Part shown: in pieces, positions 33,801-46,761 of the stretch
Layout of the letters: every line of letters starts with the position of its first letter
How positions within the stretch are numbered: the stretch's first letter is position 1
NCBI RefSeq assembly: GCF_000150275.1
Contig: NW_002060944.1
Span: forward strand, 5,026,123-5,090,122
Length of the DNA stretch: 64,000 nucleotides
Origin: Trichoplax adhaerens
Taxonomy: Eukaryota > Animalia > Placozoa
Reading direction: 5' to 3'
The notes under the pieces: model-generated
The model's database searches: none
The model's input: the letters and a program-made list of their open reading frames with translations, nothing else
What the model was told of the DNA's origin: nothing
Program-made: the position numbers and the translations under genes

Positions 33801-34305
33801 CGACGATTGAAAAGCATTAAATACAGTATACGCATATTGATGATGTTTTAAGAATGATGATGGAGTTATTTTATATAGTTGATGATAACAGTCATGTTGT
33901 GGAAATGTCGCGTTCGTAACTTCTTGGTCGGTCCTTTCTTGAAATCGACAGTAGTACTAAATTAATCGTGAAGAAATAGCTGCTTGCTGTCTTTTATACC
34001 AGTACACATCTTTTTTTGTTAGACTGATGCATCATTACAATACCCAGTACAATGGATTTTCCCATAGATTCTTAGAAAAGATGGATACTTTAGCTTTTTT
34101 AACATCCATGTCTAGATTAGACGTTTTCAGATCCATACTGTCGTGAAGTATGACTGTCCTCTTCCACCATAAACTGGACTGGACTATCAATTATACTTTA
34201 TTATTGTACTCGTATAGATATATACCAGGATAGAGTACAGTATATTGTTAGCTTATTCAACACTTTATCTTATCTTTTTCCAACTTGTATCTTTTGCTAC
34301 GATAG

Positions 34306-35488
34306 ATGTCTAAAAATACTTTAAGCGCTCAATTTCGGCGAGTGGACGTCGATGCCCTAGACGAAAATAACTTCAATGATGCTGATGCTGATTCGTCCAC
34401 TCCTGTTGGACCTGATATCTCAGCTGCCACTAGTTTACTACAAAGATATCCTTTCAACAATAATTACTATAATAGATCGCTATAGTAGCGATGGCCTTTT
34501 CAAACTGAATACCTTTAATGATGAAATTTTCCCCTGATTTATTACTGTACGCGAAGATGATGGAGTATTAGCAGTTACCTAATGTATAGTAAACAAATAC
34601 TCTTGCAACAATTTCTAACAGCTCATTTAGAAAATTATCATAATTAATTGGTGCAGTATTGGATAAAATGGAACATGTATATATACATAATTTGCCAAAT
34701 TTAATGTGTTGAGTTGGCCTTAATAACACCCTACAGGAAATAAAGCCGAAGCTTTGAAAACTGTTCTCCAAAATCCGCCATTAGCAAATTCGAAAGATGT
34801 AAAGGTATCTTAAAAAAAATGTCCTAGAAATAATCTATCGATACCATATAGTGTACATGGAACATACGAATGTAGTGGATAGGATACAAATATTACAATT
34901 CAACAGAAATTTGATTATAGCATCATCTTTTATTTTTATGTAGGATCAAGTTTTTACTGCTGTCCTAAAAGTTTTGACATCACACAGAAGTTCTGATATA
35001 GAAAAGAGCATCCAAGGATTGTCGCAACAAGAAATAGATACTTTGGTTAAATATATCTATCGAGGATTTGCAGAAGCCAAAGATAGTAGTTGTGCTACCT
35101 TACTAGCATGGCATGAAAAGGTTAAGCTAGTTTATTACTATTTCGATTTGTTCGTTAGCTTTTCCTTACTGTATTACAAGATAAAATGAAAATGAATTAT
35201 TCGCAGCGTTACTTTACCAAGAAGATACCACTTTCATACCGATTCTAATATTCTTATCAACTGATATAGAAATGAGTAATTTTACTCGGTTGTTAATGAA
35301 TATGGTATAAATTAATATCGTACTGTAATTAGATATACAATTGCCAAAATTGATCGGATGTTTAGTTTTACTTCAATCATAAATCCTATCAATTGCATTA
35401 ATAATTATCTTTTCTATCTTGACAGGCTACTGCTGCTGGAGGCTTAGGCTCAATTGTCAGAGTATTGACAAGTCTTAAGACTGTTTAA
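34306..35488 (+). CDS. ARPC5: Arp2/3 complex subunit 5 (p16-Arc), four coding exons
   Basis: MSKNTLSAQFRRVDVD, ALKTVLQNPP, DTLVKYIYRGF, LLAWHEK, GGLGSIVRVLTSLKTV*. Confidence 0.95.
34446..34734 (+). other. U12-type (minor spliceosome) AT-AC intron in ARPC5
   Basis: 5' splice site ATATCCTTT, branch-like GGCCTTAAT about 10 nt before the terminal AC. Removing it restores the frame CAA AG|A GGA AAT (Q-R-G-N). Confidence 0.92.
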
Positions 35489-36229
35489 ATACAGGATACA
35501 TCCGTTTATAAATTCTAGAACGTTCTACGAGAGTTCATTGTGCATAGCTTTTATATCGTAAACTGATTGGACAATAATTCGATTGTAATTATCAATGTTG
35601 CCTCTTCGTTGTACCGTTTGTGATTATAATCTTCAAACTATACTCATCTTTCTTTAAAAAAACACCAAAAATGTTGACAATGTAATTTAAATAAATTCAC
35701 ACATTGAAAATTGAAACTTTATTGTGATGATTGTTCATCAAGCCGTGTACGAGATGGTGTAATAGCTACAATTACAAGTTAATTTAAGTAATTTTGATAG
35801 CAACTGATATCATTGAAAGATACTGCAAAAACAAATATCCTTTGATCCAGTGATGCAATGCTTGAGATCTACCATGAATTCAGGTTACTGCAATTTTGTG
35901 AACATCGCACAACACCTATCCGTTCATCAATAATTCTGTATTAACGCAATACTCTAGACTATGCTATAATATAATTCTTAATACGAACATGTCGTTCTAC
36001 GTAAAAATTGAGCAGTCTGTATATTAGTGTGATAATTGGATAGATCTTCCCATACGTAATATATACTGAATAATTTTAAGTCAACGCTATAACAACTACA
36101 AATAGGTAGGAGAAATTAGATAAAACTTTTCAACTGATATTTTAACCTATCAAATACTTTCAACATGGTCAAATGGAACTGTTATCATCTAACGTACAGA
36201 ACGATATTAATACGATACATTTCTTCATC

Positions 36230-39200
36230 TTATTCATTAGAGTCGAGATTCCTTAACGAATTTAAGAATAGTTCCGGCGTCAGCAAATGAGTTGAACCTG
36301 TATATAAATAAATAAGGTATAATGAGAATGATAAGTAATTTTTGCTAAAATTAGAAAGATCAACATCTCTAACGGCTTAAGCACTTTATAAATCAGGAAC
36401 ATACCAATGATCACTTCCCAATCCTTTTTAGCTTTGCTAACTTCATAAGCAGCTCTCATCTCTGAATAACTCATTCCACCAATAACAAAGATAATCAATC
36501 GCGGACCAGTTCTATTCTCCGCGCTTTTATCCTTTCCCCAACCATATTTTTTAGGACGGGCACTACATTAAGATCATAAGTACGCATGTTAATAAGGAGT
36601 TACAATAAAAGTCTTTTGAGGTAAAAATAATTGACGTTAAGGCCACTCTCAGGAATTATGTTTCACCTTCTAACTGATGGCATACCTAGGACATAAGTTA
36701 AGAATGACTTTAAATAAAATTGCATAGTAATATACTAAAGTACTATACTTAGAGCGATATTTAATTGCAATGAGATAGCGATACATACCAACTCCAGTAC
36801 TTTGCTGCCCCGATATGAAAGGAAATGCCTTCGTGTCTAATTTATCATCAATCGCATCCTAAAGCAAGCAAGGCAACAAACCACATAGAATATTAAATCA
36901 ATTCTAAATATCTTATTCATGATAAGCAGCTTGTAATAACTACACAGACAGGCGAGAGCCAAATTAACCTGCATAACATCTGTTATTAGTGGTATCCAGC
37001 GCGAACTTTGATAAGTAACTTGGCCAGAACGATCACGTCGCTCAATTTTCGATCTTCTAGAACGATCTTTGTCCTATCAATAATAACTAAGTTTAGAAAA
37101 GACACCATCTACTATTTTACTATCAGCTACTGTAAAGATAAGTAAAATAATACAATCATACATCGATTTTTACTCCGAGACGGCTCATTTTCGTTATGAT
37201 TTCACTACAAAGTATAGAATATTAGTTAAGATATTAAAGATAACATGCTATCTAGCAAAACTAATCAAGAAATATTTTACCGATCAACAGTTGGAATATT
37301 TGCGTGCTTAATTAATTTTTCTCGATTCTCCTCCGATTGACCTAAACGATTAAATAGTAAAATTTAAATATACTGTTAATGTCTACATAGAATGTCAATT
37401 GTGCTCAAAATTTGCAAGTTGGATGGACGACTAACCATTTTTAGCAAAGGTCAGCAGCAAAATAACCCTTATTTTGTCCAATGGGCTAAAAATGGCATAG
37501 ATGATCAGAAAATGGTGCTTCAACTTAATATAAAATTTCTTTTATTACCTAACATCTTGATCAAGCATAATAGGTACTATATTCTTCATAGGATCTTTTA
37601 CTCTTTCTCCGTCAGCGTCAGTACCAGTGGCTAAATCCTTTATTTTAAAATTGTAGTAAAAACAATTTTCCTAATGAATATAACTGCATACGAGTATATC
37701 AAAATCCAAACGCATGACTTAAATACTTACTTGTTCAACTCTAACTAGTTTATCGATTTTTTCCTTAAAACGTTTCATACAGTCTTCAGCCAGATGCAAA
37801 TAGAGGGAGTACTGTATAAAAGGGGTTTATAAGTAAAATTTTTAAGAAATTATTTTTTTAATCTACAGTTCATTGCATGGCAAAACGATAGCATCGACAT
37901 ACTCTACTTAATTCCTTTTGATACTGTGGCATCTTTTTCAACATCTGTGATAAATCTCTCATAGAAGCCTGACGAAAGGTATAAAATCTTTATTACGATG
38001 ATATACTTGACATAATATCATAAATAAAAATTACTTACCCTATCTTTACCAGCCATCCTCTTGGTATCAGCAAACTTTTTAAGCTCTGTCGTTACATTTC
38101 TATGGGCATAAAGTACAACATTTTAAAGTATGCAAATTTAACATTTTTGCTAGTTTAGCACTACTACTACGAAATTTTATCTACCATAGAATATAATGCA
38201 ATGTATAAAAAACTAGCTACGTACTGTGAAACAACGGCAATGTGTTCATGGCGAAGCTTAACCCATAATTCATTGCTTTCTGTAAGTGAAAATTAACACA
38301 AATTATAGCATAAATAAAATCTGATTCCTGATCAACATAAAGCTAGTAGTATTACCGTCAAGAAGAGCCTTTTTTTCCATTTCGGTTTGTGCCGGACCGG
38401 AGTTTGTTGCGTATCTAAAAAAATATCGACCCTTCATTAGACTGTATGAGCAAAGATCATAATAATAATACGTATAATAATGTACAACCTATAAACATCA
38501 TTTTCGATTGGGAGAAGATCGTAAGCCATCGCCTGTAATGCATAAAAGTAAAGTTACAGTACTCCTGAAGCAACATTCTATTTTATGCTTGTCGATAAAA
38601 TACCTTATAAAATAAAGTAAATTGTCAATAAACTAGCAATGCACACTTACCTGAAAGTAGCATTCATGGAGGATTGGCGATACTGGATCAAATCCCCTAT
38701 TTAACAAATAATAATAACACAATAAATTGAATATTGAATATAGGCTTTCTTATGCATTACCAGTCTAACCTGTCAAGGATTACCAGCTGTGATTTCAACT
38801 TTTCAGGAGTCTATTATTTAAATGAAAGGCGATATTATATACCCAAATACCAGATATACAACGACAGCTAAACTACAACTACCTATACAAGCTACTATAT
38901 CGTTCGACGTTTAAAACAATTGTTTTATTATGATTTCAATTTGATAAAAAAATACGACTAATACACAAAATAATTATTACATCGCCCATTGATGGATCAT
39001 CAGCTTTATAAGCGTCTAATTTGCCTTGAAACATCTGAGTAAATTCCGCGACAGATTCGTGGTCCCTGAAATAGTTCAATTCAAAATATTATGTCCTCTA
39101 TAACGATTTCATTAAAGTATATGAAACAATCTTAAACTTCAGTATCACAAACTATAATGCATTTCAATCCACTGATTGCTATTTAGTCACAATTAGTATT

Positions 39201-42200
39201 ACTTACCTATTATATCTAACTATGGGATACTCTCCAAGGGTAGCACACAAAGTTGCTAGTTGCTCTGCCATTCTCTTTAGTTATACAAAAATTAAAAAAA
39301 AATTACTATGAAGTAGCCTAATTAAAGAGCAAGCTTTAAAAAGGAAAATTTTACAGTACAAATAATGAAAACGATCACTTTAAAACATTCAGCAATTTTC
39401 TTCTACTGTACTTACCTCCATGCATTTCGTTCGTGATTGAGCAATACTACCGTAAAAATTCGGTAAAATATCCGGATAGTCCAGACTGAAAACCTATTTA
39501 GTAGAGTAATTATCGGTAAATACAAATAAAGTAATGTTCAATAATCATATAATCGATAAATAGTAACTTATTAGCTCAGCAATACTATTGCCTACTTGCG
39601 ATTCAATAGGTAAAAATGATATATTGATTTCTTTCAAAGTCTTCACATCTAACCAACAAATTCATGAAACGAAAATACATTAATGTTACATATTTTGAGA
39701 TATATAATATATGGATATTCTATCTTGCGCATAACAGTAACACATGAGAATATTGCCCTAACAGTGCCATCTAGTTATAATCATGATATCCATAATTATT
39801 TGTTTACTGTCACTCTAGATTTATGCTTTTCAATATCCTTTTAATCTCTACTATTTAGATTGTTTATCTTTTCCAGCTTGGCTTACATTTTGCCGCAGGT
39901 GACTTGGAAAATTTTTGAAATAATTCATCTGGACACGCTATTTAATCCAAAAAGCAATAATATTAGTGATTAACGTTATTACAAGAAACAACGTCAATTA
40001 TTGCACAAAATTTTAAAAATGACTGTAATTGCTTATACAGTAGAATACTTTATGATCAAATCATGAGATGAAATAACATACGCTTAAACGATGCTAAGAA
40101 TAGCTCTTACGAGCATAGCCAATAGGGATAATCTTACCCTCAGTATAAAAAACGTGAGCACACTTATAATGAGGTTTGCTTGATTCGCTGAAATCCGCGA
40201 TGATTTTATCGATAGACTACAAGTTAAGAAGTAATGTTATGACTATTTGAGAGAGATATTAAAAATTATACGACATAATTAAAAATACTTTAGATTTGAA
40301 AGTTATACTAAAATTAATAATGTTTAGCCTTCATAGTTATTTTCGCACTATCATTACACTGAAATCAATAAAGTATAGTATAGTTTTGATCGAATACAAA
40401 CAATAGCTCAATTTAGTACTTAGTAATGAAAATATAGCATATTGAACTTTTCGAAATAGAGAGCAAAAAAAAACGCCTTTAAAGTAGCACTACAAGAAAC
40501 AAATACTACTTAATTATGTCAAGAATCGTGATCGTAATATCAACGATGACAATTATTATTACTGACTGCCTTCAGCTAGTCAGTTCGGACATAGTTTTGA
40601 CTATATTGTACAAGAACGCAAAAAATATGCAAAACGCTATTGTCGCCTAACTTTATAACATAAAAACATGACGTTAAACAGAAGCAAAGGCAATAGTACA
40701 CATTATGATTACGTTACCATAAGTGCAAATTATTCGTTTTAGAAGGACAAATATTCCAACATTTCTTATTATATATACACGTAAGATAATAACCATCATT
40801 TACAAATGTATTACTGTAATGTAATTACTTTAAATTACTGTAAAGTATGTATTGTAGTCATCTAATATTCGTATGTTATAAGAAATTGTATATTGAAAAT
40901 CTTCTAGTTAATATATTGTAGGTCAACGAACATTCTTTAAAAGCTCGTTAAAATCTATGTTATTGCCTGTGTTGAATTACTAGGTCTCGTAGTAAGTTAA
41001 GGTCTATTCAATTTATGATGATACAATCATCGTCAGTTTGATATAAACAACAGTTATGAATAGATTATACAAGGATTTGCATCGCTGTGGAGTAGTTTAA
41101 ATATTATTTGCAATACGTCATATTGGATTAATATCTATATATATATATATGTGTTTACCTCTTCTGTTGGTGTAATTAAATAGATAGATTCCATCTTTGA
41201 TAACGGTTGACGAACTCTAGATAAGTTTTCCACCACTAGTATTTTGCACAGTGAGGTATTAGAAACAAACAATTAGTAAAAATTTCTAGCATTGGCTAGA
41301 GATTCTGACAATATACTGTACTTACAATGACATTACAGCTTAAAATATTAATAGCGTACTATACTGTATATTGCTATCATTGTTACATATCTCACAGAAC
41401 ACGGCAGTTTAATGTCATTTAGCATACGCGTATAGTAAACTTGACTGTAACGTATGAAGATATTATGAGAGATCAATATCATGGTATTGCAGACTATTGG
41501 GAAACAATTAGTTCTATAAAGCGATAATGTGGCTGAAATAAATATAAAAAAAACTAAACTAAAAAATAATTTAAAGAAAAGTAAATCTTTAACATCTTCT
41601 GATTATACAATAATATTACATTTTAATGGAAGTTACCTAGGTACACACGTATATGTCTCTTAACCGATTGTAAAATTAATATTTTACCTCAAGATACGCA
41701 TAATTATTACCACTACTATACAATGTACGATAAGAAATATTTTACCAGTTATGCCTTCATTGACTAATTCGTGCATTTTACAACAAGCTGACAAGATTCG
41801 AGTGCCAAGATGATCGACTATTAAGACCTACGATAGAAAATCGTGATGTGAACGGATTAATTATAGTCAATGTTATCATTTTTATAGTGGCACTGTATTA
41901 ATAAGACAATCCTCATTTTTTGATCGAAAAAGACAATGTCGTTGACAATAGTAATATCAACTATTTCAAAATTATCAGGCTATTACAAAAAATTTGTGAA
42001 GAAAGACAATGATATAAAATGGCATTTGGCACTGTTGTATTTTGTAATGTTATCCACGTATCGAAGATATGAAATAGCTTTCTATCATCATTCATCTCAA
42101 TAAATAAGAAAATAGAGGTCATATCTATGTATACAGTGTGACGTGCAAAACAGTGAATATGTACATAGTAATAGTCCTACTCATGGAGGAAGTGATGATA

Positions 42201-43959
42201 ATAATAAAAATGATATACTGTACTTTTACTGTTAATTACGGAGACTTTTTAACTTTCATTTTTGAAATGGTGCTATCGGAACGGTGTGTCAGAAGAACTG
42301 TACTACATACGCGTTCTTTATCTAAATTATTGTGGATCTTCTTAATCTATTATTATTTTAGTCTACTGTACCATTTTATGAATTGGATATTAGTCCAACA
42401 ACGATATGAGTGTACAAATTTAACGTATAAACATTGGCAGTTTGATGTCTTTATGATGGTTACTGTATAATCATCGTAATAGAAATCAATTATAATTATT
42501 CTATCATTTATAGACTGTCTTCCAAATAAGATGTAAGAGGATCGTTTAATCCGATGGATAATTAACATTTTGCAGGTTGCCTATCCAACATAATGATTGA
42601 AGTATACTATATTACAATATGTTAAACTATGATTGAGTTGGGTATAAAGTCTGCAATTTCTACTACTTTCTTCAATATGTGCGAGGAAGTTGACCAATGT
42701 GATCATTCACGATTCCATTTTATACTTACAGTGTTGTAGAAGTACAAGACTGTAATATCTCACTTGGACAATAGTGCTTATACAGTACTGTAGTATATAA
42801 TTGTACTGGGTGATCAGAGAGTGTGATCGAAAGGTGGAAATTGGCAATCAGTCACAGATTCGTTACGATATCTTTTTACAGTACAGTATAGTAGTTTAGA
42901 AGAAAAAAAGAACTAGAAATAACAGATTAAGAATTACTAATTACAGCTATTATTAAGAAAAATCGATATACACTACTAGCGATGGTTCGAGTGTTGAAAG
43001 GCAGCGAATGAAATCTTGATATTCAATATATAGCATCCAAGTTCGAAAATCAATATTGATACCTTAATGTCAACTTGTAAAAAAGTACGTGTATGGTACA
43101 AAAATGTCCATGAAAGTAAGACTATAGTAGTATAGGAACATTTGCAATTGCAACATCTTGTGTACTCATTATTTCACTTTTCCATTCTCATATCCAAGTG
43201 CAAGGAATATGAGATCCATTCTTGATCTCTTTAACCCTACGGATTTAATATGATCCCTCATCATCATACAGTCATTACCCCCAAAAAGGCGAGTCATAAG
43301 TTATCGTCACCCCTTCTCCATTTGACTATCTATCAATACAAAATGGCCGATCAAGGAAAAGGTCATAGCAGCTTATTCTACTGTCTAGAGAGAGGGGGTT
43401 ATACGTTGTTGGTTATTTTCATCTTCGTTACGTAAAAGATGGTTTAAATGATGAGTAAAGAGTGTTGATTATGGGTTTGATTGGTGACTAAGCTGCAGTC
43501 CATACCGTCGACAAACTATTTACAGTATACTGTTTAATGCGGCCACCATAGACTGTACTGTACAGTATGAAGACATACAGTATTTGATCAACGATAGTTA
43601 TCTTAGTAGGCGACGTTCCATTTTGGGGGATTACATTCTACGTTTCCAATTTATCATGGCATCATTTGTATTGCTAAGGTTTTTCTTACCTTCCATTCTC
43701 GAGGTTTCTTTAATGGACGCAAAACGTCTTCAATAATTCCTAAAATCATGGATAACGGGCGTGTCCGCCAAGAATACAAATATTCACAATTTAGTGACGA
43801 ATCCTATCGGTCGCCAGTGAATGGCGAATGATATCATTTCAAGTCGTTGTGCACTGCTGCAAGTTAACTTGTACCCGTAGCAGCTGCATTTATTTTTTAT
43901 CTGTGTCCATTGGTAATAGAGTTAGACTTACTTTGCCAAACGATTTCTTTCAAGCCCAT
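36230..43959 (-). CDS. STXBP1: Munc18/Sec1 SM-family protein (syntaxin-binding protein 1-like), more than 20 exons
   Basis: [119 protein letters not shown]; TAA at 36230-36232. Confidence 0.95.
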
Positions 43960-44324
43960 CCTGTAATCACAGTATGGCAATTTTTGAATAGAATAGCAAC
44001 CAAAGGGAAACGACTCCTGTCAATGATGTCAACAAGAGTGCAAGTCGGGACTGATTCTAGCTCTTTCTTCCTTCACTGCAAGTGAATCTGGGTCGAGACT
44101 ACGCGTATTTATCACAGTCCAATAGCGCCAATGAATGAATTGCAATCCGCTTTTGGTATTGAACAAGTATACACTCAATTGCTGTTCAGCTTTTTCGATC
44201 ACACTCTTTCGTCTTCAACAGCATCGATGGATGTTAGTTACTTTGAAAGGTAAAATTCATTGGGGATTGTGCTAGTTGTTTTTTTTTTCTCCTTGATTTG
44301 GACAAAGGTTCAAGTCACACGATT

Positions 44325-44745
44325 TTACAGTACTGTACCTACGCTACTTACTATAGGGTACTGTACAGTCCTACAGTCCAGTACTGTCCTGAGTACTGTA
44401 CAGGTCTTGCCAGTACAGTACTGTAGTTGGACGGACGATCCAAGTGGGTACGTACCCTACCAGTGGGTCACTGTACACTGGTGTCAACGTCCAGATACCA
44501 TCAACTCTTGCAATTCCTTGATTTGCGAATGCGCACACTAAAACTATGCACGCTACAGTACGCAGTACTGTACTCAGTCCGTGACAATACTGTGCTTTAT
44601 TACTGCATTCCCATGGGGAAAAAGCGTAGAGTCCAGTTAAGACCAGTGTCACTCCCTTCTCCGACTGTACAGTATACAGTACTATACTGTACTGTACGTA
44701 CTGTAGATAATTCCGCTGTAGCAGGCATGACTAAAGTACTGTAAA
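44325..44745 (-). promoter_or_regulatory. Putative STXBP1 promoter with a very dense GTAC cluster
   Basis: About 20 GTAC sites by hand count in ~420 bp, upstream of the STXBP1 ATG. Confidence 0.5.
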
Positions 44746-45108
44746 ATCATCAAATCAAATTACGTAGTCTTTTTTTGGGGGGGACAGACTTGCCCAACAT
44801 GATGCGAAGCTTCTGGTCTAAGCAGATCGTCACTGGACAACTGCGAGAACCATCAGCACCAACTACAAGCAGTTCGTGGTTGTAAATTGTCACCCAGTGA
44901 TCGATCGGAGTGAAACGTCACTCACGACTCCGACTGACGTCCAGTATAATACGATGGAGGGCGGGTACGAATACGACTCCAATTTGCGCTTTCGTCATGT
45001 CCGTTTATCCGCTATCACACAATCCAATTTGCCTTTCTAAATTCATCCAATAGTATCCACCTGCTTGTTATCATCGCGATGAGAAGAACAGTTGTATGAT
45101 CAAACAGG

Positions 45109-45878
45109 TTTAATCGTTGAACTAGAATGGACAGAACTTACGACACCAGGAGACACTTTGCTGCCAGCAATGAGTAGTACTAAGTAGTACCGTGTGTATT
45201 GTCTCCATAGTATCGTGAGAGTAGATTGATCGAATCATGGTAGTATCACAACTGGACTTGATATTCTCATGGTAATAATAATGCACAAAAATAGGATAAT
45301 TTTAATCGTTGAACTAGAATGGATAAAACTTGCGGTACTAGGAGACACTTTGCTGCCAGCAATGAGTAGTACTAAGTAGTACCGTGTGTATTGTCTCCAT
45401 AGTATCGTGAGAGTAGATTGATCGAATCATGGTAGTATCACAACTGGACTTGATATTCTCATGGTAATAATAATGCACAAAAATAGGATAATTTTAATCG
45501 TTGAACTAGAATGGATAAAACTTGCGGTACTAGGAGACACTTTGCTGCCAGCAATGAGTAGTACTAAGTAGTACCGTGTGTATTGTCTCCATAGTATCGT
45601 GAGAGTAGATTGATCGAATCATGGTAGTATCACAACTGGACTTGATATTCTCATGGTAATAATAATGCACAAAAATAGGATAATTTTAATCGTTGAACTA
45701 GAATGGATAAAACTTGCGGTACCAGGAGACACTTTGCTGCCAGCAATGAGTAGTACTAAGTAGTACCGTGTGTATTGTCTCCATAGTATCGTGAGAGTAG
45801 ATTGATCGAATCATGGTAGTATCACAACTGGACTTGATATTCTCATGGTAATGATAATAATGCACAAAAATAGGATAG
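45109..45878. repeat. Tandem repeat, 4 copies of a 192-bp unit
   Basis: TAATCGTTGAACTAGAATGG recurs at 45111, 45303, 45495 and 45687. Copies are nearly identical; the first has a few substitutions and the last a 3-bp insertion. Confidence 0.97.
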
Positions 45879-46761
45879 TAGTTGATACATCTACACTGGA
45901 CAACACTGTGCAAATCGCCGACATGTATAATATCATCAGTATGGGCTAGCCCTAACCTTTGGTAATGGAGTGGAACAGCCTAGGTCAAAACTGCATTGTC
46001 AAAAGAATACTGCCAATTATTTTAATTATCCAACTTATCGTCATATCATAGATATCGATCAACTATAGAATCATCAATACGTAAATGAGCTGAAATGACT
46101 TGTTCAGAAAAGATTCCCATCAGCCGTATAGATCACGGTAGAGCATATTTAAACACAATTTAGCACAGAAAGATTGATACTGATATTTTCATTGCATTGT
46201 CGTTAGAAAATGGACTACGTTATAAAGTTAAGAGAGCTTTTTTTATTATTGAAACGCTATCAATGGGTGATTAATAACTAACACACCATCATTTTCTCCT
46301 ACATTTCCTATGTGTACAGCATAACATAATATACAGTAGACGTAAACAATCGTGTTAAGTAGATAACAGATATTCTAGAATAGCATCATTAAATTTCGGT
46401 CAAATTGCAATTTACATACAGTATATTCTACGGAGAATCACATAGCATCGCACACCAACATGAATCCTGTTCAGTTTTTCTATTATACTGTACGAGTATT
46501 ATTGATTCCAGGCGATTTCAACTTAAACTAGAAAGAATGAATCTTTGTAGTCGACATTAACAATATTACGCTGTTTCATGAATGAATAGGCTTGGCAAAT
46601 ACAGTGCAGGACATGTTTTTTTACATACATTGCAAAAGCCTGTTCATTTAGATACACTGTTACAGTATAAAATGTAAGCATATTATAAAATAATAACATA
46701 CGACTATTACATTACATATTATGACAATTTTTTCTCCCCACTTTCAATCAATGTTAAATTG

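Noticed and set aside
34805-34943. ARPC5 second intron (GTATCTT) as U12 GT-AG type
   Set aside because: The donor lacks the CC of GTATCCTT, there is no clear branch consensus, and it has an ordinary polypyrimidine-AG end.
43177-43236. Possible mutually exclusive alternative exon 2 of STXBP1 (shares GAGAATGGAA)
   Set aside because: The translation is not similar to exon 2 and the donor is weak; likely chance.
33160-44744. Short ORFs rich in TVLYCTV/YST (33160, 33444, 44260, 44371, 44427)
   Set aside because: Translation artefacts of the GTAC-rich non-coding repeats.
45109-45878. CRISPR array or coding repeat
   Set aside because: Units are contiguous with no unique spacers, the context is eukaryotic, and the frames read contain stops in each unit.
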